A program made the position numbers and the translations under genes. DNA of 27,188 nucleotides from Candidatus Caldarchaeum sp. (GTDB taxonomy: Archaea > Thermoproteota > Nitrososphaeria_A > Caldarchaeales > Caldarchaeaceae). The stretch is taken from assembly GCA_038831915.1 (NCBI GenBank), contig JAWBKB010000019.1, positions 1 through 27,188 of the forward strand, read 5' to 3'. Positions 1 to 8,991 of this stretch are shown here, one piece after another. The notes beneath the pieces were generated by a model. That model searched no databases, was not told the origin of the DNA, and was given only the letters and a program-made list of their open reading frames with translations. Position 1 is the first letter of the stretch, and the number at the start of each line of letters is the position of its first letter.

Positions 1-305
1 CTTCGAGCAGGGTGTCTTCAACATAACAAGCATAAAGCTTATGGTGTCGGGGTATGAGTGGCCTATAGGGTTCTGGCAATCTGCACGGGGCAGGGTCTAC
101 CCAAGCCCCTCGACACGTACTTCAACCCGACGGTCAAGCTTCCCCAGGACTCTCCCGTTAGAAGGCTTAAGACCGTGCTGAGAATCAAGGCTGTCTTTAA
201 AGGGGATGATGGAAGCATCCCCTACCCAACCCTGCTCACACTCAATTTACTCCCCAAGATGGGGGCGAGAAAGTTTTTATTCGTTAGTCAATACCTCCAC
301 CGGCT

Positions 306-920
306 ATGCCATGTCCTAGATGTAAAAGCGACAATTTCGTCATGGTTGGCGATGAGTTTGAGTGTATGTCGTGCGGCTTCAAGTGGAGGAGCGCGGCGAG
401 GCCCGATAGGGAGAAAGCTGAGCCGGTGAAGAGAATTGGTTTTCCAAGATTTCTCCTATCAACCGCATTTGGTCTGGCGCTGTATTTGGCTATGGGTTTG
501 GGCTACTCTCTCCTCCTCACATTTACCAGAACATACACCACACCATTTGGTGGGCATGACAACATCTTCTCAGTAGTGCTCACATTACTGATATTCTCAA
601 GCACCCTCATAGCCATGCTTGCCGTTGGGCCCGTCATAGCAGCGGTCATAGGCAGTGTGATAGGTATGAGGCATAGAGGTGAGGGCCTGAAGGCTGCCGC
701 AGCATCGCTTCTAGCCTCAATCCTAGGTTATCTCCTGTTGCTCGGCATATTCGTCGCATCCTTGGCGGCCCTTCTACCCCAGCCCACCCCACCCGACCAG
801 ACACCGTCAGCCGACTTGCGGACACAACCAGTCGGTCCAGACATACTGCTCTTTATAATTCCACAGGCCATCGTGGGTTCACTGACGGCCACAATCGTCT
901 CAAGGGCTGTGAAGGGCTAA
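306..920 (+). CDS. Membrane protein with N-terminal Zn-ribbon (CPRC...CMSC) and about 4 transmembrane helices
   Basis: 204-aa ORF with two CxxC pairs in the first 23 aa, then long hydrophobic stretches; TATA-like tttttat about 25-30 nt upstream. Confidence 0.75.
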   Translation: MPCPRCKSDNFVMVGDEFECMSCGFKWRSAARPDREKAEPVKRIGFPRFLLSTAFGLALYLAMGLGYSLLLTFTRTYTTPFGGHDNIFSVVLTLLIFSSTLIAMLAVGPVIAAVIGSVIGMRHRGEGLKAAAASLLASILGYLLLLGIFVASLAALLPQPTPPDQTPSADLRTQPVGPDILLFIIPQAIVGSLTATIVSRAVKG

Positions 921-950
921 CATTATATCCGTCTAGCCAAACCAGTTGAC

Positions 951-1356
<406 letters not shown>

Positions 1357-1362
1357 GCTAGA

Positions 1363-1622
1363 ATGCTGCGGCTCACAATAGAAACCGACACCGCTGGAGA
1401 CGATACCATATCCATTGTTCTGGCTTTAAGGTGGCCGGGGTGTCGAGGCGGTTACCGTAGTGTGTGGTAACGTGGATTTTTCACAGGCGGTGGAGAATGC
1501 ACTTTATACTGTGGAGACCTTCGCTATATACCGTGTGCCGGTCTACCCAGGCTGCAGCCAAGAGCTGGAAATACGCCGATTATGTCCATGGCAAGGATGG
1601 GATGGGTGAAAATTATTTCCCC
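1363..1622 (+). pseudogene. Nucleoside hydrolase (IU-NH/Rih family) N-terminal fragment, frameshifted and truncated
   Basis: MLRLTIETDTAGDD (degenerate DxDxxxDD) / VEAVTVVCGNV...VENAL...VPVYPG / YVHGKDGMG lie in successive frames; similarity ends at about 1622. Confidence 0.85.
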
Positions 1623-1737
1623 AATTCCAGAATACCTATAAGGGTTTGAAAGCTCTCTCAACAATATCGGTCGCCCTCTTGAGATTGTGTTTCTAGGATT
1701 CCATATGCGTATAATAACCTCTTCTACTTAGAGTCTC

Positions 1738-1971
1738 ATGACGGGAAACAGGTCAGGATAACTTTATGGGCTGAGAACGGAAAGCCTTACTTCAGCTATA
1801 AAGACCATGAAAAACCTCTCTACACATCGTCAGGCCAGCATCCAAGATACGATAGGGGAGAAGGATACTGCACCGTTTGCCGAAAATCCACCACGAACGG
1901 AGACAAATGCCCATCATGCAACAGAGCACTCAGAAAACCCAAGAAAAAAGAAAAACAAGCCAACCATCTAA
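1738..1971 (+). pseudogene. Small Zn-ribbon protein without an in-frame start, probably frameshifted
   Basis: The frame open from 1683 encodes PRYDRGEGYCTVCRKSTTNGDKCPSCNRALRKPKKK. ATG 1738 and TAA 1969-1971 are both in the adjacent frame. Confidence 0.45.
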
Positions 1972-1981
1972 TATTATTATT

Positions 1982-2015
1982 AGACGGGCGATCTTCCAGT
2001 CTGATCTACTGGCCC
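1982..2015 (-). tRNA. Orphan tRNA 5' half (positions 1-33; Ala/Val-like, identity unresolved)
   Basis: Minus strand GGGCCAG TA GATC AGACTGGAA GATC G CCCGT CT gives an acceptor 5' strand, U8, a perfect 4-bp D stem with A14 and G18G19, and an anticodon-stem 5' strand plus CU. No T-arm or acceptor 3' strand follows. Confidence 0.65.
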
Positions 2016-2045
2016 AGTCTTCCAGCCACTTTGTCACTTTTCAGG

Positions 2046-2060
2046 TTATTAATGTTTTCT
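2046..2060 (-). promoter_or_regulatory. Putative BRE/TATA promoter for the tRNA half
   Basis: Minus strand AGAAAAC-ATTAATAA, 31-45 nt upstream of G1, divergent from pgk. Confidence 0.45.
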
Positions 2061-2097
2061 GATGAAGCTTTTTATCTATTCACTTCTGCTTTTTGAC

Positions 2098-3318
2098 GTG
2101 AACATTGTAGATTTTCTGACCGTCGACGATTTTGACATTTCCGGGAAAACTGTTTTTGTGCGCGGCGACTTGAACACGCCCATCGACCCGGAAACCGGAA
2201 AGCTTTTGGAGCTTCACCGCATCAGGGAAACCGTGTTTACGTTGAAAAACCTCGAAAGAGCCAAAGTCGTTCTGGGCTCTCACCAAGGCAGAGTTGGCCG
2301 GTACGACTATGTTTCTCTGGAGACTCATGCGGAAGCTCTTTCGGAAATTTTGGGGAAACATGTCAAATTCGTAGACGATATTTTTGGCTCCGCAGCCAGA
2401 GCCGCTATCCAAAGCCTACAACCCGGCGAAGTTTTGTTGCTGGAAAACCTAAGGTTTGCCGCAGAGGAAAATCAGGAATTCTCCTTCGAAGAAGCCGTGA
2501 AAACTCATTTGGTAAGACGTTTGGCACCTCTGTTTGACCTTTGTGTTCTCGACGCCTTTCCCACCGCTCACAGGGCTCATCCATCGATTGTGGGATTCGC
2601 TGAACTCGTTCCTACATGCGCGGGATATTTAGTAGCTCGCGAACTCAAATCTTTGAACCGCGTCTTTGTAACCTCGAAAGCTCCATACACTGCGGTCCTT
2701 GGCGGCGCCAAAATATCTGATAGGCTTGAAGCAATCAGCGCTTTGATACAGAACGGCAGAGCGGACAACGTTTTGCTGACAGGTTTGATTGGGATGGTAT
2801 TTCTGAGGGCGGCTGGAATCCTAAACAAACCATTACACCCCGAATATGAAAAGCATGTTGCCAAAGCCAAAGCACTTTATCAGGAATATAGGGAGAAGTT
2901 CGGCTTTCCTGAAGATGTAGCGGTTGAAAAAAACGGCGAAAGAGTTGAGATTCCCGTATCCGAAATAGATGAAACATCAAAGGTTCTCGACATAGGCGAG
3001 AAGACAATCAACAAATATTCGAGAATAATCAAAAGTTCTGGAACGGTTTTTATCAGCGGTCCGCCAGGTATGTTTGAGAAGAAAGGGTTTGAGAAAGGAA
3101 CGGATGAATTGTTGATGGCTGCTGCAGGTTCTCTCGGGACCACCATCGTCAGCGGTGGGCATTTGTCCGCTGCTTTAGAAAGGCTGGGCGTGAAAGAATG
3201 GATTGACCATGTTAGCACAGCGGGCGGGGCTTTGGTAATGTTTTTGGCGGGTCAAAAACTTCCGCTCATCGAGGCGTTGTCTAGAAGCGCTAAAAAGTGG
3301 AGAGGAAAGGTTAGCTGA
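2098..3318 (+). CDS. pgk: Phosphoglycerate kinase
   Basis: RGDLNTP, SHQGR, LLENLRF, DAFPTAHRAH, LGGAK and STAGGA motifs. GTG 2098 is preferred over ATG 2062 because TATA-like tttttat lies at about 2069-2075. Confidence 0.96.
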   Translation: MNIVDFLTVDDFDISGKTVFVRGDLNTPIDPETGKLLELHRIRETVFTLKNLERAKVVLGSHQGRVGRYDYVSLETHAEALSEILGKHVKFVDDIFGSAARAAIQSLQPGEVLLLENLRFAAEENQEFSFEEAVKTHLVRRLAPLFDLCVLDAFPTAHRAHPSIVGFAELVPTCAGYLVARELKSLNRVFVTSKAPYTAVLGGAKISDRLEAISALIQNGRADNVLLTGLIGMVFLRAAGILNKPLHPEYEKHVAKAKALYQEYREKFGFPEDVAVEKNGERVEIPVSEIDETSKVLDIGEKTINKYSRIIKSSGTVFISGPPGMFEKKGFEKGTDELLMAAAGSLGTTIVSGGHLSAALERLGVKEWIDHVSTAGGALVMFLAGQKLPLIEALSRSAKKWRGKVS

Positions 3319-3323
3319 AAAGT

Positions 3324-3944
3324 TTGAAGGCGGTTTTCTTCGACGTTGATGGAACGCTTTATAGAAGCCGAGAATATGAAGAGTATCTTTTGTCCGAGAT
3401 TGTTGCGGTGATCAGCGAGTTTCTCGAAACGAGCAGGAGCGAGTCTTATAGAAGGCTTGCCGATGTGAAGAAAGCTGTGAAAACGGTGAGTAAAAGCGTT
3501 GAACTTCTAGGGATAGACCGGAAAAAGTTCTACGACAGGCTGGCTGAAAGAGTTTCCCCTAACCTCTATATCTTTCCGAAGTCAGATGTTGCGGGGCTAC
3601 TGCAAAATTTGCGGAAGAAGAATTTTTTCGTGGGGTTGCACACTAATTCGGGTCGGCGACTCGCCGAAAAAGTCCTCAAAAGCCTTGGAATTCAGAGCGA
3701 CTGTTACGACGTTATTGTGACGAGTGATGACGCGGAGCCGAAGCCGCATCCGGAAGGTTTTCTGCTGCTTCTCCGACACGCGGGATGCAACCCTTCTCGG
3801 GCTCTCTACGTCGGTGACAGATGTGAAGTCGAGTTGGAGCCCGCGAAAAAACTGGGCATGAATACGGCTGGAATTTATGTTTCGAACTGTGTTTACGCTG
3901 ATTATGTGCTGAACAGTTTGCAAGACTTGCTTAACATTATTTGA
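3324..3944 (+). CDS. HAD-superfamily hydrolase (subfamily IA)
   Basis: FFDVDGTL motif I, TNS motif II, KPHP motif III, YVGD motif IV. Confidence 0.92.
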   Translation: MKAVFFDVDGTLYRSREYEEYLLSEIVAVISEFLETSRSESYRRLADVKKAVKTVSKSVELLGIDRKKFYDRLAERVSPNLYIFPKSDVAGLLQNLRKKNFFVGLHTNSGRRLAEKVLKSLGIQSDCYDVIVTSDDAEPKPHPEGFLLLLRHAGCNPSRALYVGDRCEVELEPAKKLGMNTAGIYVSNCVYADYVLNSLQDLLNII

Positions 3945-4638
3945 TTCCAAGGTATAGCTGGCCGAGTTCTTGATGGTTCAGCAGAACGGATGCTTCTCCT
4001 TGGAAAGCTGTTCTTCCGCTGACGAGCAGTATCGCTTGGTCACCGATTTCGAGTGCTTTTTTCGCGTTTTGTTCGGCGAGTATCACGGTTTTCCCGAACC
4101 TGTCTCGCAAGTCTTTTATGATGTTGAATATCGCTGTTGCCATTTTTGGCGAAAGGTTTGCTGTAGGTTCGTCGAAGAGCATGATTTTGGGTTTGCGTAG
4201 AAGTGACATGGCTATCGCGAGCATTTGTCTTTCGCCGCCGCTCATTAACGCCGCTTTCTTGTTACGGTAGTCTTTTAAATGGGGGAAAAGCTCCATAACT
4301 TCGTCGAGCTGTGATTCGCCGACTTTGAGCCCATGGGTTGCAATGACGAGGTTTTCCCATACGGTTAGGTTGGCGAAAATGTTGTCTACCTGTGGAACGT
4401 ATGATATGCCGTGTGCAGCGACTTGATGGGGCGGAAGACCCGTGATGTTAGCTCCGTCAACCATTATTCTTCCTGAGTAAATTTTAGTCAAACCGAATAT
4501 CGATTTGAGGAGGGTGCTTTTTCCGCTTCCGTTTGGGCCCACTACAACGGTCAAGCGGTTAGACGGAACAGTAACCGTTACATCGAACAGGACTTGAAGC
4601 TTTTTGTATCCAGAGGAAAGATTTTCCGTGACGAGCAT
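3937..4638 (-). CDS. livF: Branched-chain amino acid-type ABC transporter ATPase (LivF-like)
   Basis: GPNGSGKS Walker A, MSGGERQML signature, FDEPT Walker B, EQN. Confidence 0.92.
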   Translation of the reverse strand: MLVTENLSSGYKKLQVLFDVTVTVPSNRLTVVVGPNGSGKSTLLKSIFGLTKIYSGRIMVDGANITGLPPHQVAAHGISYVPQVDNIFANLTVWENLVIATHGLKVGESQLDEVMELFPHLKDYRNKKAALMSGGERQMLAIAMSLLRKPKIMLFDEPTANLSPKMATAIFNIIKDLRDRFGKTVILAEQNAKKALEIGDQAILLVSGRTAFQGEASVLLNHQELGQLYLGIK

Positions 4639-4640
4639 TT

Positions 4641-5402
4641 CTATCCACCGAGGTAGCTTTCGACAACGACCGAGTTGGTCAATACCTTTTGAGGCGTTCC
4701 TTCAGCGATTACTTTTCCGAGATGCATTGCGTAGACATGGTCGACGTATGGGATGGCGAGGTCGAGCCGATGTTCCACCAACAGGAAAGTCACCTTAAGC
4801 TGCTGGCATATGGTTCTCAGGTGTGCTAATAGTTCATTTGCGAGAACTGGGTTCAGCCCTGCTGCAGGCTCATCCATAAGAATCATTTTTGCTCCGCTCA
4901 TCAAAGCCCTACCTGCTTCGAGTAACTTCATTTGTCCACCGCTCAACTTGTACGCTTGCTCGTTCCAGAGGTGGGATAGCTTAAGCAACTTCAGGATTTC
5001 GAATGCTTTTTCAGCAAGCTCTTCATCGTGTTTTAACCAGCGGCTTTTGAACAACGATGAAAACAGCCCCGTTCCAGGGTTATGTTTTGCTGACACGAGT
5101 AGGTTTTCCAACACCGTGAGTGTTTGAAAGGGTTGGGGTATCTGCCATGTCCGGGCCAAACCAATCCTTGAAATAACGTGAGGCTTAAGCCCTGTGATTG
5201 GTTTTCCATCGAAAATGATTGACCCGGTTTCCGGTTTATAGACCCCTGAAATCGTGTTGATTAACGTTGTTTTTCCGCTGCCGTTCGGCCCTATGAGAAG
5301 TGACATTCGGTTCTTCTCAACTTCGAGATTTACGCCGTCGAGAGCGTATAGTCCTCCAAAACTGACCCTTACGTCTTCGATTCTTAGGATAGTTTCAGGC
5401 AT
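4641..5402 (-). CDS. livG: Branched-chain amino acid-type ABC transporter ATPase (LivG-like)
   Basis: FGGL, GPNGSGKT, LSGGQ, MDEPAAG, VEH, terminal YLG. Start placed at ATG 5402 (MPETIL). Confidence 0.92.
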   Translation of the reverse strand: MPETILRIEDVRVSFGGLYALDGVNLEVEKNRMSLLIGPNGSGKTTLINTISGVYKPETGSIIFDGKPITGLKPHVISRIGLARTWQIPQPFQTLTVLENLLVSAKHNPGTGLFSSLFKSRWLKHDEELAEKAFEILKLLKLSHLWNEQAYKLSGGQMKLLEAGRALMSGAKMILMDEPAAGLNPVLANELLAHLRTICQQLKVTFLLVEHRLDLAIPYVDHVYAMHLGKVIAEGTPQKVLTNSVVVESYLGG

Positions 5403-5439
5403 ATTTGAAAAAAAGTATGTTGAAAGGGTATTTGAAGAT

Positions 5440-6801
5440 TTACGGAGAGAATCCTTCAGCCCATTCAAAGGTTCCCGTCGAATAGATGTACCTGCCCGCT
5501 TCGACCCACGTCGGCTTCCCGTCTACTGTCTTCACTACCCACAGAATGTAGTCGGAAAACGGCAGGTCTCCAGCCTCGTCAAGGGTAAGACCCAAAAACT
5601 CTTTAGCAATCGTCGGTAAAACGGCTCGAACGGCTTCGGCGTCGTATTTCTGGGTGGCCATCAGCGCGAGGGCGTAGGCCCAGACGGCGCTGTATGCCGC
5701 GTACGAATAGGCGTCCGGTGGAGAACGGCCGAGCACGCGTAACACCTCGGCGTCAACTCGGGCTTTTCTGTCCGGTGTTGTAGCGAAGAACAACGGGTTG
5801 ATCCACTTGACCTGTTCTGCGAACCTTGTTGCGGCTGGGTCCTGGAAAATCGTCGCCGTCACAGCTGTGCCGTCGCTGCCAAACCACCTTACTCTCTTGA
5901 GGTCCGGATATTGGTCCGCTACGGAAAGGAAAGCGACTACTTCGTCGAAGCCAATGATTTCGACCATGATTTTTTCAGGCGATACTCCTTGACCAATTAA
6001 TTCTTGCACCTTCGAATTCAGAGTTGAAACTTCGGCCGAGAACTCGGTTTTGTCGGGGGCGTATCTGAGCTCGAGAGCGACGTTCAAACCAAGCTTTCTA
6101 GCCTCGCCCGATGAAACCGTGTGCAACCCGTCTCCCCATGCGTCTCCTCTCCAAACTAGCAGAACATGAGTTACGCCCATGAGCTTAGCAAACCTTGGAC
6201 CTATCGGGCCTTGAATGTCGTCAGCAGTTGTGAACCTAAACACAAAGTCATTCGGTATCTTCAGGTCAGGAGCCGTCGATGACTGTGAAATCAGCAAGAT
6301 TTTGTTAGTGTCAACAAATCCTTTGATCTGTCGAATTTCAGCCGAAGTCATCGGTCCGATTACCAGCCTCACTCCTCTAGCATAAAGGCTTCTGATTTTC
6401 TCTTCTGCAGTGGCGGGTGCGCACGCCGTGTCTTCATGTACGACCCTTATCCTAAAGCCTGCTCCTGCACTGGCGAGAAATTCATTTACCTCTCTTGCGG
6501 CGAGGTCTATGGCGACTTTTTCGTTCTCCGCATAGGATGATAGCACGGCGCTTAAGCAGAGTAAGCTACCGATCGTGACTTCACCTGTCAATCCTCCCGC
6601 TGCTGTAACCGTTCTTTCAACAGTGGCGGTAGTAGTGACCGTTTGGCCAGCGCCAGCCACGGTTATCGTTACTGTAGTGGTTTGCCCTGGAGAAAGAACC
6701 GGGCCGAGGCCTATGCCGCCGATGAGAAGCCCGACAACCAAAGCAACTACTGCAGCGATGCCTGCAACCGAAGAAGAAACCGCTGAATTTTTGCTTTTCA
6801 T
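5440..6801 (-). CDS. Liv-type ABC transporter substrate-binding protein, membrane-anchored, with Thr-rich linker
   Basis: N-terminal hydrophobic anchor, TTTVTITV linker, IGPMTS, SQSSTAPDL, FRFT, DAWG motifs. Confidence 0.9.
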   Translation of the reverse strand: MKSKNSAVSSSVAGIAAVVALVVGLLIGGIGLGPVLSPGQTTTVTITVAGAGQTVTTTATVERTVTAAGGLTGEVTIGSLLCLSAVLSSYAENEKVAIDLAAREVNEFLASAGAGFRIRVVHEDTACAPATAEEKIRSLYARGVRLVIGPMTSAEIRQIKGFVDTNKILLISQSSTAPDLKIPNDFVFRFTTADDIQGPIGPRFAKLMGVTHVLLVWRGDAWGDGLHTVSSGEARKLGLNVALELRYAPDKTEFSAEVSTLNSKVQELIGQGVSPEKIMVEIIGFDEVVAFLSVADQYPDLKRVRWFGSDGTAVTATIFQDPAATRFAEQVKWINPLFFATTPDRKARVDAEVLRVLGRSPPDAYSYAAYSAVWAYALALMATQKYDAEAVRAVLPTIAKEFLGLTLDEAGDLPFSDYILWVVKTVDGKPTWVEAGRYIYSTGTFEWAEGFSP

Positions 6802-6919
6802 GGATTCGTGTTTTCCATATCATATATATAAATCTTTCCATAAATCCGCATGCGTCATCAAAACCCGCCCAGTATGTACCTAATCATTATTAGTTTGTTC
6901 GTACTTCTTTTTTGCCAAG

Positions 6920-7858
6920 ATGCTAGTCTTCGACCCGATTTTCAGGGACGCGTTGATTTATGCCAGTATGCTCAGCCTCCTCACGATAGGCCTCACGTTG
7001 AATTATCTTACGACTAAGGTGCCGAATTTTTCGCATGGAAGTTTTGCTTCGATCGGCATGATGACTATGCTCACCGTGACCGAGTTGTTCAAGGCGCCGG
7101 CGTATTCGGCGTTGGTTCCCGCGTTTCTGTTGGGCGGCGGAGCGGCTTTGCTACTTTACCTGTTTATTTTAAGGCCGTTAATTTCCCGAGAAGCGAGTCT
7201 CGTTTCTCAAATGGTTGCCACGATCGCTTTTGAACTTGTGATGATCGCAGTTCTCAACATCTACGCTGACTTTTTCACACAATCCTTCAAAATTCAGACA
7301 AGAGGTTTTCTGATTAGAAAGAATGATATGAGAATTTTCGGTGAGCCGGGTGTCTTTATCGTCGCTCCCGTTTTGACTGTTTCGACCGTTATTACGCTGT
7401 ATATGCTCTTGACGCGAACGAGGTTTGGCATCGGTTTAAGAGCGGCTATTGAGAATCCATCGTTGGCCGGAACAATCGGCATAAACGTGAAAAGGGCGTA
7501 CACTTATTCATGGTTTCTCGCTGGAGGTCTTGGCGGTGTGGCTGGTTCTCTCCTTGCTCTATGGTTTCAGGGCAGCCCCAACTACGGCAGCGAAATGCTG
7601 ATCAGCATTTTTGCGGCATCTATAGTGGGAGGTCTTCAGAACATTTACGGAGCTGTCGCTGGAGGATATTTGCTAGGGCTCGCTGAGATCCTGGGAACCC
7701 GGCAGCTTGGCATTACTTTCGGCCCGTGGATAACCGTGTACAGGCCCTTGATTCCGATTGTTTTGATGGCTGTCACCTTGCTAGTTATTCCTCAGGGTCT
7801 TGTTTCGCTGAGATTGCGTAGGGTTCGCGCCTTGTTGTCTAGAGGTGCGGTGCGTTGA
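6920..7858 (+). CDS. livH: Branched-chain amino acid-type ABC permease (LivH-like)
   Basis: GLTL...NFSHG, TRFGIGLRA...N...A...GIN, IVGGL..IYGA. Confidence 0.9.
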   Translation: MLVFDPIFRDALIYASMLSLLTIGLTLNYLTTKVPNFSHGSFASIGMMTMLTVTELFKAPAYSALVPAFLLGGGAALLLYLFILRPLISREASLVSQMVATIAFELVMIAVLNIYADFFTQSFKIQTRGFLIRKNDMRIFGEPGVFIVAPVLTVSTVITLYMLLTRTRFGIGLRAAIENPSLAGTIGINVKRAYTYSWFLAGGLGGVAGSLLALWFQGSPNYGSEMLISIFAASIVGGLQNIYGAVAGGYLLGLAEILGTRQLGITFGPWITVYRPLIPIVLMAVTLLVIPQGLVSLRLRRVRALLSRGAVR

Positions 7859-8991
7859 TGGACCAGCAACTGTTAATCTTTGTGTTTGACATCATTTCTT
7901 ACATCGCCATTTATCTGATTGTTAACACTAGCCTTAACCTCGAATATGGTTTGACCGGCATACCTAACTTTGGTAAAGTTCTCGCCGTGGCCGGTGGCGC
8001 GTTTGTTGTTGGAGCAATACCGGGTCGGGTTTTGGCTGACCAGTTGAAAATTCTTCAGGGATACGCGGCGGTGGAAAACGACCCTGTGTTATCCGAATGT
8101 CTTCGAACACAGGTCCAAATCAAGCCGCGAATTTTGGAAAGAATTGACTATATTGAAGATAACGCGGTTGTGATGGATTGTATACGCCGGGTGATGGCTG
8201 ATGACCCGGTTTTATCTTTGAGTGTTTTGATTGCGACAGTCGCCTTGGCGGCTGTTGTAGGTGCGGGTCTCGGTTTTGTCGCTTCCTATCCGGCCATCCG
8301 TCTCCGTGAAGACTACCTTGCCATGACTCTTCTCGCCATGGGTGAAATGCTGCGTCAAGTGGGATATCTTGAAAGAAACTTCGTGGGCGGCACTCTCGGT
8401 GTTTCTGTTCCAGACCCATACGGCTGGTTAGGGCCGAGCAGGTTTTATGCATCAGCTTTAGTAATTTTGTTTGTGGCGGCTCTTTTCTTTTTTTACATTC
8501 GGTCGTTGACGTTTTCTCCCGCAGGTCGGATGCTTAAAGCTGTGCGGGACAGCGAAATGGCTGCAGAAGTTCTCGGAGTCGACGTTGTGAAGCTGAAGCA
8601 GAAAGTGTTGCTGGTTTCTTCTGCGATGGCTGCTGTGGCGGGTGCGTTATGGGCCTTCTATTCCCAAGCTGTCCATGCAAATGTTTACGATAGGTTTAAC
8701 TGGACTTTCTGGCCTTGGGTGATGGTTATAATCGGCGGAGCTGGGAATTACAAAGGTGTTTTGCTGGGAACGACGGTCTTCGTGGTTCTTAAACGATTGG
8801 TAGACACGTACAGGTATGTGTTGGAGCCTTTCATTCCTTTCAGCCTCGTTTGGCTTGACAGGCTTCTTTTCGGGCTTGCGTTGATCATTGTCCTGCTTGT
8901 TCGTCCTCAGGGTATTTTGCCGGACAAGCCAACTCCCACCATAAAGCTTGCGAAGGCCCGGGAAATTCTGGAGAAGCTTTCGGCGAAATGA
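7855..8991 (+). CDS. livM: Branched-chain amino acid-type ABC permease (LivM-like)
   Basis: LNLEYGLTGIPNFG, RLREDYLAMTLLA, SPAGRMLKAVRD, IIGGAG, RPQGI. Confidence 0.9.
   Translation: MMDQQLLIFVFDIISYIAIYLIVNTSLNLEYGLTGIPNFGKVLAVAGGAFVVGAIPGRVLADQLKILQGYAAVENDPVLSECLRTQVQIKPRILERIDYIEDNAVVMDCIRRVMADDPVLSLSVLIATVALAAVVGAGLGFVASYPAIRLREDYLAMTLLAMGEMLRQVGYLERNFVGGTLGVSVPDPYGWLGPSRFYASALVILFVAALFFFYIRSLTFSPAGRMLKAVRDSEMAAEVLGVDVVKLKQKVLLVSSAMAAVAGALWAFYSQAVHANVYDRFNWTFWPWVMVIIGGAGNYKGVLLGTTVFVVLKRLVDTYRYVLEPFIPFSLVWLDRLLFGLALIIVLLVRPQGILPDKPTPTIKLAKAREILEKLSAK

Noticed and set aside
1-429. ORF 58..429 and the open frame 2..180
   Set aside because: Possibly the frameshifted 3' end of an upstream gene, but there is no recognisable motif and it runs into the 306..920 gene.
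1964-1987. Palindrome as a Xer/dif site or canonical 37/38 intron
   Set aside because: It does not match the archaeal dif 11-6-11 consensus. A canonical reading gives anticodon AAT and no T-arm.
1877-2062. 61-aa ORF
   Set aside because: No motif; it overlaps the Zn-ribbon frame and the tRNA half.
6812-6846. Short direct repeats (tttccata x2, ataaatc x2) around the liv TATA
   Set aside because: Too short and AT-rich to distinguish from chance.
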